Positions 7,551-16,272 of a DNA stretch of 27,745 bases are shown here, in pieces. Under the pieces are notes generated by a model, which saw only the letters and a list, made by a program, of their open reading frames with translations, did no database searches and had not been told where the DNA came from. The position numbers were made by a program, and so were the translations under genes. How positions within the stretch are numbered: position 1 is the first letter of the stretch; each line of letters starts with the position of its first letter. This stretch comes from Eubacteriales bacterium (GTDB lineage: Bacteria > Bacillota > Clostridia > Oscillospirales > QAKW01): contig JAZNEH010000220.1 of assembly GCA_045588515.1 (NCBI GenBank), positions 1 to 27,745 on the forward strand, given 5' to 3'.

Positions 7551-8315
7551 ATGAAAATTGCCGTCATCACCGGCGCCAGTAGCGGAATGGGCCGGGAATT
7601 TGCAAAACAGATCGAAATGCAGGAGCATTGGGACGAACTTTGGGTCATCGCCCGCCGGGCAGACCGGCTGGAAGAACTAAAGGCAGAATTGACGGTTCCG
7701 GTGCGGGTGTTACCGCTGGATCTGACCGATAAAACCTGTCTGGCAGAATACAGCGCCTTACTGGAGAACGAAAAGCCGGAGGTGTCGCTCCTTATCAATT
7801 GCAGTGGGTTCGGCAAGTTCGGACGCTACGACCAGATCCCTCTGGAGGATTGCCTGGGGATGATCGACTTGAACTGCAAGGCCTTGGTGGCGGTGACCCA
7901 GCGCACCCTGCCTTATATCCCCAATGGCGGCCGGATCCTACAGGTGGATTCCCTTTCAGCCTTCCAGCCGGTGCCCTACCTGAACGTATATGCCGCCACA
8001 AAGGCCTTTGTTCTCAGTTATTCCCAAGGATTGCGAGCCGAGTTAAAACCCCGCAACATCAAGGTTTTGGCCTTTTGCCCCGGCTGGGTAAAAACCGAAT
8101 TCTTCAACCACGCAGAACAGACCAGCAACGATGCGGTGACCTATTTCAATAAGTGGTTCACCGCCGAAGAGGCGGTCAAGGACGCCCTGAAGGCTATAAA
8201 AAAAGGAAAGGCCGTTTGCGTGCCTTCCCTTGTGAACAAACTGCAGGTCTTCGGCGTGAAACATCTGCCCACCCAATTCGTCATCAACACCTGGATGAAA
8301 CAACAAAAACATTAA
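7551..8315 (+). CDS. Short-chain dehydrogenase/reductase (classical SDR)
   Basis: Start moved to ATG 7551 (AAGGAG at 7538-7543; promoter TTGATA-17-TACAAT at 7482-7510); TGASSGMG, YAATK, PGWVKTEF. Confidence 0.92.
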   Translation: MKIAVITGASSGMGREFAKQIEMQEHWDELWVIARRADRLEELKAELTVPVRVLPLDLTDKTCLAEYSALLENEKPEVSLLINCSGFGKFGRYDQIPLEDCLGMIDLNCKALVAVTQRTLPYIPNGGRILQVDSLSAFQPVPYLNVYAATKAFVLSYSQGLRAELKPRNIKVLAFCPGWVKTEFFNHAEQTSNDAVTYFNKWFTAEEAVKDALKAIKKGKAVCVPSLVNKLQVFGVKHLPTQFVINTWMKQQKH

Positions 8316-8318
8316 CAA

Positions 8319-8405
8319 TCCTCAAAAACTTTCAACCCACCAAGATTGAAAGTTTTCGAAAGGGAGTTTAAGAGGGAAAACCTTTTTCAAAAGGTTTTCC
8401 CTCTT
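8319..8405. repeat. REP/REPIN-like composite palindromic element, copy 1 (left hairpin missing)
   Basis: AAAACTTTCAA-10 nt-TTGAAAGTTTT core; 17-bp hairpin AAGAGGGAAAACCTTTT-TC-AAAAGGTTTTCCCTCTT (8370-8405); lies between convergent genes. Confidence 0.8.
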
Positions 8406-8941
8406 TGTTTCCTATATAAATGCCATAGGGGCAGGGTGTTATAGCGCAGGAGGGCGGTGGGTAGAAGGTTCAGAACCAGATTGACCGTTGCCACCGGCAG
8501 GGCGATGCCCGGCCCGCCACACCAAGGAAACAACACCAGTAAAAAGCCACTAAAGGCGTTCACGATATGGATCGCCACCCCGTAATTGGATTCCAACAAA
8601 AAACGGGCCAGATAAACAGGATCCTTGGGATCCCGCACCCGATCTTTATGAAAGCCGGTGAATCCGCCCAACTCGGGCACAAACCGTTTCCAGCGGCGGA
8701 TCCCCAGCCGGCGCAAAAATTTCCGCTCCCGCTCTTTCACTAGAAATAGCGGCACCCCCGCCCGGAACCAACGTTCCGGCAGGCGGCGAATTAAAAAAGC
8801 CTCCAGCCCATCCAGCGCAATCACCGTTAGCGTTGCGCCCAAGGAGATCAGCAGATAAAGCCATCCCCGCCCGGGCTCGAACAGATCCCAGACCCCGGCG
8901 ATCAGCAGATTCGCCAGTATAATAATCAAGATATAAAACAT
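8387..8941 (-). CDS. CrtO-like membrane protein (glycosyl-diaponeurosporenoate acyltransferase family)
   Basis: WKRFVP, FLLESNYGxxIH, NLLPxALLRYN pattern resembles the CrtO family (WKxxLP, ETxxxExxH, QRYN); several TM helices; AAGGAG RBS. Confidence 0.55.
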   Translation of the reverse strand: MFYILIIILANLLIAGVWDLFEPGRGWLYLLISLGATLTVIALDGLEAFLIRRLPERWFRAGVPLFLVKERERKFLRRLGIRRWKRFVPELGGFTGFHKDRVRDPKDPVYLARFLLESNYGVAIHIVNAFSGFLLVLFPWCGGPGIALPVATVNLVLNLLPTALLRYNTLPLWHLYRKQRGKTF

Positions 8942-9783
8942 TGGATCTCCTTTTCTGTGGTATAAGACAGCGGGATACCATAAACCCGCTCATAAGTTTC
9001 CTTCCATACTTGGTAATTGGCCTCCCCCATTCGGCGGGCATTTTCCCGATGATTTAATGTTGTATCGGGAAAAATCGCCGGCAGAAAATGCAACGTATAG
9101 GCCTGAATGAAGGCGCCGTCTGCCCCCATCTTTTCGGTGTCCTCCATCGTGATAAACACCGGCAGGATCGGCACATTATTCTTAGCCGCCAATTGAAAGG
9201 CACCGCTTTTTAAGGGGCGGGGCTTGCGGTAGTTCCACCACATTCCCTGCTCCGGGTAGATCAAAATCTTTTCGCCCCGCTTCAGCAATGTGGAAACACC
9301 CCGGAAGAACTCCCGCCAGACCCCCAAGTCAGAGGCCAGCGGCAGGGTGTTGCAATGGCGAAAGAAAAAGCCGAACAAGCCCCCAAAGGAGGTAAAATTT
9401 CCCTCCCGAATAATCTTATACAACCGCTTATGCCCCAGATCCTTTTGAATGGCCTTAAAGACCGCATACTGATCGTAGGGATTAAAATGATTACAGGTAA
9501 TGATAAGCCCCCTATCCGCCACTGGGCGGTAATGCTCCAGTCCCCGGATCTCCTTGATGACCAGTTGCCCCTTCCGGATGCAATGATCAAAATACAATCG
9601 GGCGCATTGGTTGGCGAATTCCGTTTTGATTTTAGCAAAAGGTTTTTCATTTAAGTAATCCGCCTCGCCGGGTTTCAAGGGCCGGGTGGGGGGATCCTGC
9701 TCCACATCTTCGTCGAAGCGGCCTTCCCGCTCCAAAAGGGCGATCTGTTCCAGAACCGCCTGCCGTTCGTTGGAAAGCGCCAT
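8926..9783 (-). CDS. Lysophospholipid acyltransferase, PlsC-like
   Basis: Start moved to ATG 9783; catalytic NHFNPYD (HX4D), block III IYPEQG, LKSGAFQLAA, VPILPV. Confidence 0.88.
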   Translation of the reverse strand: MALSNERQAVLEQIALLEREGRFDEDVEQDPPTRPLKPGEADYLNEKPFAKIKTEFANQCARLYFDHCIRKGQLVIKEIRGLEHYRPVADRGLIITCNHFNPYDQYAVFKAIQKDLGHKRLYKIIREGNFTSFGGLFGFFFRHCNTLPLASDLGVWREFFRGVSTLLKRGEKILIYPEQGMWWNYRKPRPLKSGAFQLAAKNNVPILPVFITMEDTEKMGADGAFIQAYTLHFLPAIFPDTTLNHRENARRMGEANYQVWKETYERVYGIPLSYTTEKEIQCFIS

Positions 9784-9785
9784 CT

Positions 9786-10742
9786 TTAAGCCCCCTTTTG
9801 CCGAGCAACAGCATAGGCCAAGGGGCAACTTTCCCGGCTTGCCTCGGTTTCTTGCCGGGCCAGTGCCATCAACCCTTCATATTGGCGGCAATCCCGTTCC
9901 CGATCTTCGGCAGAATACTGTTGCCGCATAGTCAAAAGTTCCCGATAATAGCCGGTACGAAATGCAAAATTCCAAAATTCCCGCTCAAAGGCCACGCCCC
10001 GATAATGCCACGGTTTCCAATTAATCTTAAAGTGCACCAACATCGGCCGGGGCCCTTCTTCCGCATTGGGAAAAGCGGTTTTATTCCAAGCCAACGGCAG
10101 ATAAGCCACCCGCCCGTGGCAAAGAACATTCAAATAATCCTGATCTTGGGCCACTCGGAAGGTATAATGCTCCATCAACCGGTTCAGAGCCCCCAAAAGA
10201 TCTGCCCGACGCATTTCCTTTAAATTCATCGAAAGAATGCCTGCGTTAAAATAATCTTCCCCGCAAAGACCCAGCACCTTTTCGGCATAACGGCGAAAAA
10301 CAGGGATGTCGGTGATTACTTCGTCGGTTACCGCCCCCACCAGATTCCAGCCCAAAGGGATATCATAAAGCCGAGCCAGATCGCCCAGCAAGATGATATC
10401 GCAATCCAAATATAGCCCCTTATCGTATTGAGGGAACAGAGTGGGAATCAGAAACCGGTAATAGGTGGCTTTGGTATAATAATCCCGCACGTGCAGATCG
10501 CCCAGCGCCGCCAGTCGATGCCCCACTTCCACAAATTCGATGCTAAAATTTTTGCGTTCTGCCTTTTTCAGTTCGTTTCGATGGTTCTCGCTCAGTTCAT
10601 CAATCAGAATATAGATCCGATAATCATCCCGCCGGGAAGCATATTCCAATATGGATTGCAGCGTCACCGCCAAAAAGGGCGCATAGCGGTCATCCACCGC
10701 AAAAAACACCGGGATTACCCGGTTTTTGAAAATCGAATACAT
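9786..10742 (-). CDS. Glycosyltransferase family 8
   Basis: Start moved to ATG 10742 (AGGAG upstream; promoter TTGTTT-17-TATAAT at 10805-10777); FFAVDD, TYYRFLIP, LYLDCD (DxD), YFNAGIL, QDQDYLN, HF. Confidence 0.9.
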   Translation of the reverse strand: MYSIFKNRVIPVFFAVDDRYAPFLAVTLQSILEYASRRDDYRIYILIDELSENHRNELKKAERKNFSIEFVEVGHRLAALGDLHVRDYYTKATYYRFLIPTLFPQYDKGLYLDCDIILLGDLARLYDIPLGWNLVGAVTDEVITDIPVFRRYAEKVLGLCGEDYFNAGILSMNLKEMRRADLLGALNRLMEHYTFRVAQDQDYLNVLCHGRVAYLPLAWNKTAFPNAEEGPRPMLVHFKINWKPWHYRGVAFEREFWNFAFRTGYYRELLTMRQQYSAEDRERDCRQYEGLMALARQETEASRESCPLAYAVARQKGA

Positions 10743-10947
10743 TGCAAAATCTCCTTGCCGTTTTCTTGATGATTCTATTATAGAACCGCCACTTGCAAGA
10801 AACAACCTACCGTTCCCCGCCCCCGCTCCACCCGTGGTTTTGGAACAGTAGAGTTCCAAAAAATCGGCTCTACTGCCGGTAGAGTGTTGCATTTTTGCGC
10901 ACTTTATGATAAAATAGTCCCATCAAAGAAAAGAAAGGAATTCCAAT

Positions 10948-11529
10948 TTGGTGGACATCAAGCCCATTATTGCAAAAAACATTGCCGAACTGCGCCAACG
11001 GGCCGGAATGACCCAACTGGAACTGGCAGAGCGGCTGAATTATACCGATAAAGCGGTTTCCAAATGGGAGCGGGGCGAATCAATTCCCGACGTGGCCGTT
11101 CTGGTGGAAATTGCCGGCCTGTTCCAAGTAACCTTAGACGATTTGGTGAAAGAGCATACCACGCTCCCCACACCCAACCAAAAGAAGCATCGCCACAACC
11201 GGGGCTTTATCACCGGGATGAGCGTGCTTTTGGTGTGGCTGATAGCCACAGCCATCTTCGTACCCCTTTTGATCTCCCTGCCCGGGGCGATCCAGATCTA
11301 TCTGCCCTACGTTTGGGCGGTGCCCGCCTCTATGATCGTATGGCTGGTGCTGAACTCCATCTGGTCTGACCGCCGCCGTAATTACCTGATCATCTCTTTG
11401 ATGGTCTGGAGCCTTTTGGCGGGGATCCACCTGACCGTTCTGCCCGCCGCCAATATCTGGCAGATCTACCTCCTGGGCATCCCCGGCCAGATCATCATCC
11501 TGCTTTGGTCGAAGGTGAAGGAGAAATAA
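10948..11529 (+). CDS. XRE-family HTH transcriptional regulator with C-terminal transmembrane helices
   Basis: IAKNIAELRQRAGMTQLELAERLNYTDKAVSKWERGESIPD followed by about 4 TM segments; promoter TTGCAT-17-TAAAAT at 10887-10915. Confidence 0.88.
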   Translation: MVDIKPIIAKNIAELRQRAGMTQLELAERLNYTDKAVSKWERGESIPDVAVLVEIAGLFQVTLDDLVKEHTTLPTPNQKKHRHNRGFITGMSVLLVWLIATAIFVPLLISLPGAIQIYLPYVWAVPASMIVWLVLNSIWSDRRRNYLIISLMVWSLLAGIHLTVLPAANIWQIYLLGIPGQIIILLWSKVKEK

Positions 11530-11531
11530 GT

Positions 11532-11654
11532 TAAGGGGAACTTTTTGTAAAAAGTTCCCCTTATGATCCCCTCAAAAACTTCCAATCTGTCAGGTCGAAA
11601 GTTTTCGAGGGAGAGTTTAAGAGAGGGAACCTTTTACAAAAGGTTCCCTCTCTT
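11532..11654. repeat. REP/REPIN-like composite palindromic element, copy 2 (complete)
   Basis: 15-bp hairpin 11532-11563; core AAAACTTCCAA...TCGAAAGTTTT; 17-bp hairpin 11619-11654; lies between convergent genes. Confidence 0.85.
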
Positions 11655-11657
11655 CGT

Positions 11658-12518
11658 TTATTCAATATTGAAAATCTGTTTGATCTCGTCGTCGATGACC
11701 TCAGGGGGCTGTTCCATCAGTTCCGGATGGCGCATCAGATTCTGGAAATCGTGGAAGGCGATGGCAAAATAACTGCCGCCGGCAATCCGCTCATCCATCA
11801 CAATGCCCAAAGGCATACATTTTTGGAACTCGATCTCCCCTCTACGCCGCTTGGCAACTTCCCGGGTGTTGCCCATCGAGATGGCAACAGAAGTGGTTCC
11901 GAACTCATAAACGTGATGGTAAATAGAGTCGGTGCGGATACTGGCCAGATCGGTGATTACCAGAGAAAGATGGAACGGGCTCATATCGATAATACTCTTG
12001 GGAAGCATATTATGGCGATCCATCCATTTCAGGATCTTCACTCCGCCTCGAAGCAGGCCGGGCGTTCCCAAAAGGATCTTAATGATCTTTTCGGTTCCGT
12101 TTTGAGGATCCTGAGAACGGTTGGCTTCGATATATTCGTTCAGCCGCCGCTGTACGTCAAAAATGGTATCAGTGGGCTGGAAATAGATTTTGGACATAGT
12201 GCCGCCATCGGCCAGGCTCCCCTTCAGCACCACCATCCCCACAGCGATCTCGTTGCGGGCATAAATATTGCTGTTCACCACAAAATGGTTCAGTTTGGGA
12301 TAGCGGGCGATCATCCGGATATAGGCCGTTAAAATCACCGCCAGCCGGGAGATCTTCATCCCTTCGGCTTGTTTGCTCCGGATATATTCCATCATCGGAT
12401 CGATGGGAATATCCAACGTGATCATATTCATCGAATCCACACGCTTATCCATTACGTGGGCTGCAACGGTATACATAGGATCCTGATTTTTCAGGCGAAT
12501 GCCGTCTTTTCTTTTCAT
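11658..12518 (-). CDS. Stand-alone 2-oxoacid dehydrogenase E2-like (CAT-fold) acyltransferase catalytic domain protein
   Basis: YPKLN, SPFH, C-terminal LGIVMDERIAGG...PELME at the position of the E2 DHRxxDG...P.LL motif; no lipoyl domain. Confidence 0.7.
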   Translation of the reverse strand: MKRKDGIRLKNQDPMYTVAAHVMDKRVDSMNMITLDIPIDPMMEYIRSKQAEGMKISRLAVILTAYIRMIARYPKLNHFVVNSNIYARNEIAVGMVVLKGSLADGGTMSKIYFQPTDTIFDVQRRLNEYIEANRSQDPQNGTEKIIKILLGTPGLLRGGVKILKWMDRHNMLPKSIIDMSPFHLSLVITDLASIRTDSIYHHVYEFGTTSVAISMGNTREVAKRRRGEIEFQKCMPLGIVMDERIAGGSYFAIAFHDFQNLMRHPELMEQPPEVIDDEIKQIFNIE

Positions 12519-12689
12519 AAAATAAAACCCCTTCTATTTTATTGGTTTTATTATAGCAGAACAATGTTGATTACGCAAGAAAAAACTGTAATTCTGTCGA
12601 ACCCCTGCTTATTTTAGGAAAAAACTTGCCATTTTTCAAATAATTTGATAGAATATATTATCAATGTATTATTGGAGAACCTATTCTTT

Positions 12690-13598
12690 ATGAACCAGTT
12701 AACCCAAAGCCTATTGATGGTTTTCGCCGCCTTCATCTGGGGCTCGGCCTTTGTGGCCCAAAGTATGGGCGCCGATCTATTGCCGGCCCTCACCTTTAAT
12801 GCCTTTCGCTCCCTGATCGCAGTGGGAGCCTTGCTGGCAGTAATCTTCCTTTTTTCGAAAGTGCAAAAGAAACCTTTTTTGCCGCCTCCAAAAACCCGCA
12901 AGGATCTTTTGATCGGCGGCATTTGTTGCGGAACAGCTCTGGCGGTATCTTCCGCCTTGCAACAAATGGGCCTTTCCGATACCGATCCGGGCAAGGCCGG
13001 ATTTATCACCGCCCTTTATATTGTTTTGGTGCCCATCTTCGGCCTCTTTTTAAAGAAAAAAGCGCCGGGCACCGTTTGGATCGCCGTTTTGCTGGCAGTG
13101 GCGGGACTATATTTTCTATGCATCAAAAAAAATATCGGCATCGAAACCAGCGATCTTTTGGTTCTTTGCTGTGCCTTTTGCTTCACCGGCCATATTTTGG
13201 TGGTGGACCACTTTTCCCAGCGGGTGGATGCCCTTTGGCTCTCCTGCGTGCAGTTTATGGTTGTAACGATTCTTTCCGCCATTCTGGCGCTCCTTTTCGA
13301 GCAACCCAACCTGGGCAATCTGACCGCCTGCCTCTTCCCCTTATTCTATACCGGCCTTCTTTCCAGCGGCGTAGCCTTTACCCTGCAGATCGTAGCCCAG
13401 AAAGGCGCCAACCCCACGGTTGTTTCGCTGATGATGAGTTTGGAATCTGTTTTTTCTGTGCTCACCAGTGCCGTTGTGTTAAAGCAATGGCTTTCCGGCC
13501 GGGAGTTCTTGGGTTGCGGCCTGATGCTGGCGGCCATCCTTCTGGCCCAATTGCCGCCCATTAAATTTTCAAGAAAACGAGGTGTTGCCCATGAGTAA
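12690..13598 (+). CDS. EamA/DMT family transporter
   Basis: Start moved to ATG 12690; IWGSAFVAQ, GKAGFITALYIVLVP, SGVAFTLQIVAQK, SLESVFS; about 10 TM segments; promoter TTGCCA-17-TAGAAT at 12626-12654. Confidence 0.92.
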   Translation: MNQLTQSLLMVFAAFIWGSAFVAQSMGADLLPALTFNAFRSLIAVGALLAVIFLFSKVQKKPFLPPPKTRKDLLIGGICCGTALAVSSALQQMGLSDTDPGKAGFITALYIVLVPIFGLFLKKKAPGTVWIAVLLAVAGLYFLCIKKNIGIETSDLLVLCCAFCFTGHILVVDHFSQRVDALWLSCVQFMVVTILSAILALLFEQPNLGNLTACLFPLFYTGLLSSGVAFTLQIVAQKGANPTVVSLMMSLESVFSVLTSAVVLKQWLSGREFLGCGLMLAAILLAQLPPIKFSRKRGVAHE

Positions 13599-14640
13599 GA
13601 TCACTTATCTGATCCAACGGGTTGCCAAGCTGAATACCAAAGGTCTGCGTGATCGGCTGGATCAGGTTCATAGCCAAACCGGCCGTTCCAAAGCCTTCAT
13701 TCTGGCGGATATGGCCCTTTGTGCCCTGCGCTATGAGGCGGGTTATATTGATTACACTATTTTCGGAATGTACCAGATGAACCACGCCCAGCGGAAGGAC
13801 ATTTTGACCCGAGGAAAAAACACCCGCTATGTGCAGGCCCTAAATAACCGGGCAGACTATCATTATTTCAATAATAAAACTGAATTTCTCACCCTGTTCA
13901 AAGAAGAATGTGGGCGGGATTTTCTGGATCTCTCTACAGCGGAGGCCGGAGATTTTGAAGCCTTTATTCAAAAACATCCGGTGATTATGGTGAAACCGGA
14001 ATCCGGCCTATGCGGGCGGGATATTGAAAAGATCGATACCCGGGCCGAAGAAAGCGCTGTTGCCCTTTATAACACCCTGAAAACCAGCGGACAAACTCTA
14101 ATCGAAGAAGTATTGGAGCAGGATGAGGCGGTGAACGCCCTTTATGCCCAAGCCATCAATACAGTGCGGTTAGTAACCATTCTGGACGATAACGGCACCC
14201 CCCACCCGGTCTACGCCGCAATGCGTCTGGGAAGCGGCGGAGCGGTGGTGGATAATTTCAACCACGGCGGAATGGTGATCCCAGCCGACCCCGAAACCGG
14301 CAAACTGATCGGCGTTGCCGTTGATAAGTTGGGGCGGAGTTACCAATCCCATCCCGATACTCAAATTACTTTCGACGGTTATCCACTGCCCCATTGGCAG
14401 GCCGCATTGGAATTGGCGGAAAAAGCCGCCAAAAAAATCCCCTCTGTGCGGTTTGTGGGCTGGGATATCGCTCTAACCCCCCAAGGCCCCAAATTGGTGG
14501 AAGGCAACCATTATCCCGGCCACGATATCTATCAATTGGTGGCCCAAAACCCAGAGAAAAAGGGAATGTTGCCGATTTTTGATGCGGTTGTTCCCTATCG
14601 GACCTTGAAAAACCGGATAAAAGCCAAGAAAAAGGCTTGA
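13591..14640 (+). CDS. ATP-grasp domain protein, sugar-transfer-associated type
   Basis: Start moved to ATG 13591 (GAGGTG RBS, overlaps the DMT stop); VKPESGLCG, LIEE, INTVRLVT, VDNFNHGG, FVGWDIALTPQGPKLVEGN. Confidence 0.85.
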   Translation: MSKITYLIQRVAKLNTKGLRDRLDQVHSQTGRSKAFILADMALCALRYEAGYIDYTIFGMYQMNHAQRKDILTRGKNTRYVQALNNRADYHYFNNKTEFLTLFKEECGRDFLDLSTAEAGDFEAFIQKHPVIMVKPESGLCGRDIEKIDTRAEESAVALYNTLKTSGQTLIEEVLEQDEAVNALYAQAINTVRLVTILDDNGTPHPVYAAMRLGSGGAVVDNFNHGGMVIPADPETGKLIGVAVDKLGRSYQSHPDTQITFDGYPLPHWQAALELAEKAAKKIPSVRFVGWDIALTPQGPKLVEGNHYPGHDIYQLVAQNPEKKGMLPIFDAVVPYRTLKNRIKAKKKA

Positions 14641-14696
14641 AAATATTGTCGGATATGCTAAAATAATGAAGTAAATAACTTGAAGGAGTCCTGAAT

Positions 14697-15992
14697 ATGC
14701 TGGATATTAAATTTATAAAAGAAAATCCGGAATTAGTAAAAGAAAACATCCGAAAAAAATTCAAAGATCATAAACTGCCCTTGGTGGATGAAGCCATTGC
14801 TCTGCACGAAGAAAAATTAGCCAGCAACCGCCGGGCGGATGAATTGCGGGCCAATCGGAACCGCTTGAGCAAACAGATCGGCGGCCTGATGGCAAAGGGC
14901 CAGCGGGAAGAAGCCGAGGCCATCAAAGCTCAGGTAACTGCTCAGGCCGAAGAATTGGCCGAACTGCAGAAGAAGGAAGCCGAACTGCAGGTGAAACTCA
15001 ATGAAGTGATGATGAAGATCCCCAATATAGTGGATGCTTCCGTTCCCGTTGGGAAGAACGACGAAGAAAATGTGGAAGTGGAGCAGTTTGGTGAAAAAGC
15101 CGTTCCCACCTTCGAGATCCCCTACCATACTGATATTATGGCCCACTTTTCCGGCATTGATAAGGAAGCCGCAGGCAAGGTTGCCGGCGAAGGTTTTTAT
15201 TACCTGATGGGCGATATCGCCCGCCTGCACAGCGCTGTTTTATCCTATGCCCGTGATTTTATGATCAATAAGGGCTTCACCTATTGCATCCCGCCCTTTA
15301 TGATCCGCAGTAACGTGGTAACCGGGGTAATGAGTTTTGAAGAAATGGACGCAATGATGTATAAGATCGAAGGGGAAGACCTCTATCTGATCGGCACCAG
15401 CGAACATTCTATGATCGGTAAATTTATCGATACCATCACCCCCGAATCTTCCCTACCCCTAACCCTCACCACTTATTCCCCCTGCTTCCGCAAGCAAAAG
15501 AGCGCCCACGGCATTGAAGAGCGGGGCATTTATCGAATCCACCAGTTTGAAAAGCAGGAAATGATCGTGATCTGTAAGCCGGAGGAGAGTATGGATTGGT
15601 TCCATAAAATGTGGAGTTACTCTGTGGAACTGTTCCGTTCTCTGGATATCCCCGTTCGGACGTTGGAATGTTGCACCGGCGATCTGGCTGATCTGAAAGT
15701 GAAATCCTATGATGTGGAAGCTTGGTCCCCCAAGCAGCAAAAATACTTTGAAGTTTGCTCCTGTTCCAATCTGGGCGATGCCCAGGCCCGCCGCTTAGGC
15801 ATCCGGGTGAAGGGTGAAGACGGCAAGAAGTATCTGGCCCATACCCTGAACAACACCGTTGTGGCACCCCCCAGAATGTTGATCGCCTTCTTGGAAAACA
15901 ACCTGGAATTCGACGGCGAGAAATTTAGTATCCGCATCCCCGAGGCTCTGCGCCCCTATATGGGCGGCCAGACCGTCATCAAAGAAAAATAA
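14697..15992 (+). CDS. serS: Serine--tRNA ligase
   Basis: MLDIKFIKENP start, long coiled-coil arm, GTSEH, motif 2 CFRK..GIYRIHQFEK, SCSN, motif 3 HTLNNTVVAPPR. Confidence 0.97.
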   Translation: MLDIKFIKENPELVKENIRKKFKDHKLPLVDEAIALHEEKLASNRRADELRANRNRLSKQIGGLMAKGQREEAEAIKAQVTAQAEELAELQKKEAELQVKLNEVMMKIPNIVDASVPVGKNDEENVEVEQFGEKAVPTFEIPYHTDIMAHFSGIDKEAAGKVAGEGFYYLMGDIARLHSAVLSYARDFMINKGFTYCIPPFMIRSNVVTGVMSFEEMDAMMYKIEGEDLYLIGTSEHSMIGKFIDTITPESSLPLTLTTYSPCFRKQKSAHGIEERGIYRIHQFEKQEMIVICKPEESMDWFHKMWSYSVELFRSLDIPVRTLECCTGDLADLKVKSYDVEAWSPKQQKYFEVCSCSNLGDAQARRLGIRVKGEDGKKYLAHTLNNTVVAPPRMLIAFLENNLEFDGEKFSIRIPEALRPYMGGQTVIKEK

Positions 15993-15996
15993 TCAC

Positions 15997-16026
15997 AAAA
16001 GCCCCGATTGATATCGGGGCTTTTTT
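15997..16026 (+). terminator. serS terminator
   Basis: AAAAGCCCCGAT-TGAT-ATCGGGGCTTTT followed by TT. Confidence 0.88.
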
Positions 16027-16092
16027 ATCGATAATGGTTGACTTTTGAAAGAGGTTATGTTACCATTCATCTATAATAAAACAAAATACCAG

Positions 16093-16258
16093 CCGATGGA
16101 GGCGCGGTTCGCCAAGAGTATGGCCGTTTTGGGGTTAGAAAACGGTTTGAAAGGGGCAACCGCCGAAGTGATTTTTCCGTCCCCCCCCGTTTTGCGAAAA
16201 ATTGCTGGGTCGGCGCAAAATATGCGCCGGACTGTCACGATTTGTGGAGTGCCATCTT
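16093..16258 (+). ncRNA. Lysine riboswitch (L-box)
   Basis: P1 GATGG/CCATC; GAGGCGC, AAGAGTA, GAAAGGG, GCCGAAG, CTGGG, ACTGTC and GGAGTG conserved segments in order; promoter TTGACT-17-TACCAT at 16038-16066. Confidence 0.88.
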
Positions 16259-16272
16259 ATGTATGATCTTTC

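Noticed and set aside
12645-12664. TTGATA-N8-TATCAA palindrome over the EamA -10, superficially Fnr-like
   Set aside because: Spacing differs from TTGAT-N4-ATCAA; single AT-rich copy, too weak to call
12690-15992. Idea of an aaRS-inhibitor gene cluster (ligase, exporter, resistant SerRS)
   Set aside because: serS looks like the housekeeping clostridial type with its own promoter-like sequence, and no adenylation or nucleoside-tailoring genes are nearby; kept only as separate weaker findings
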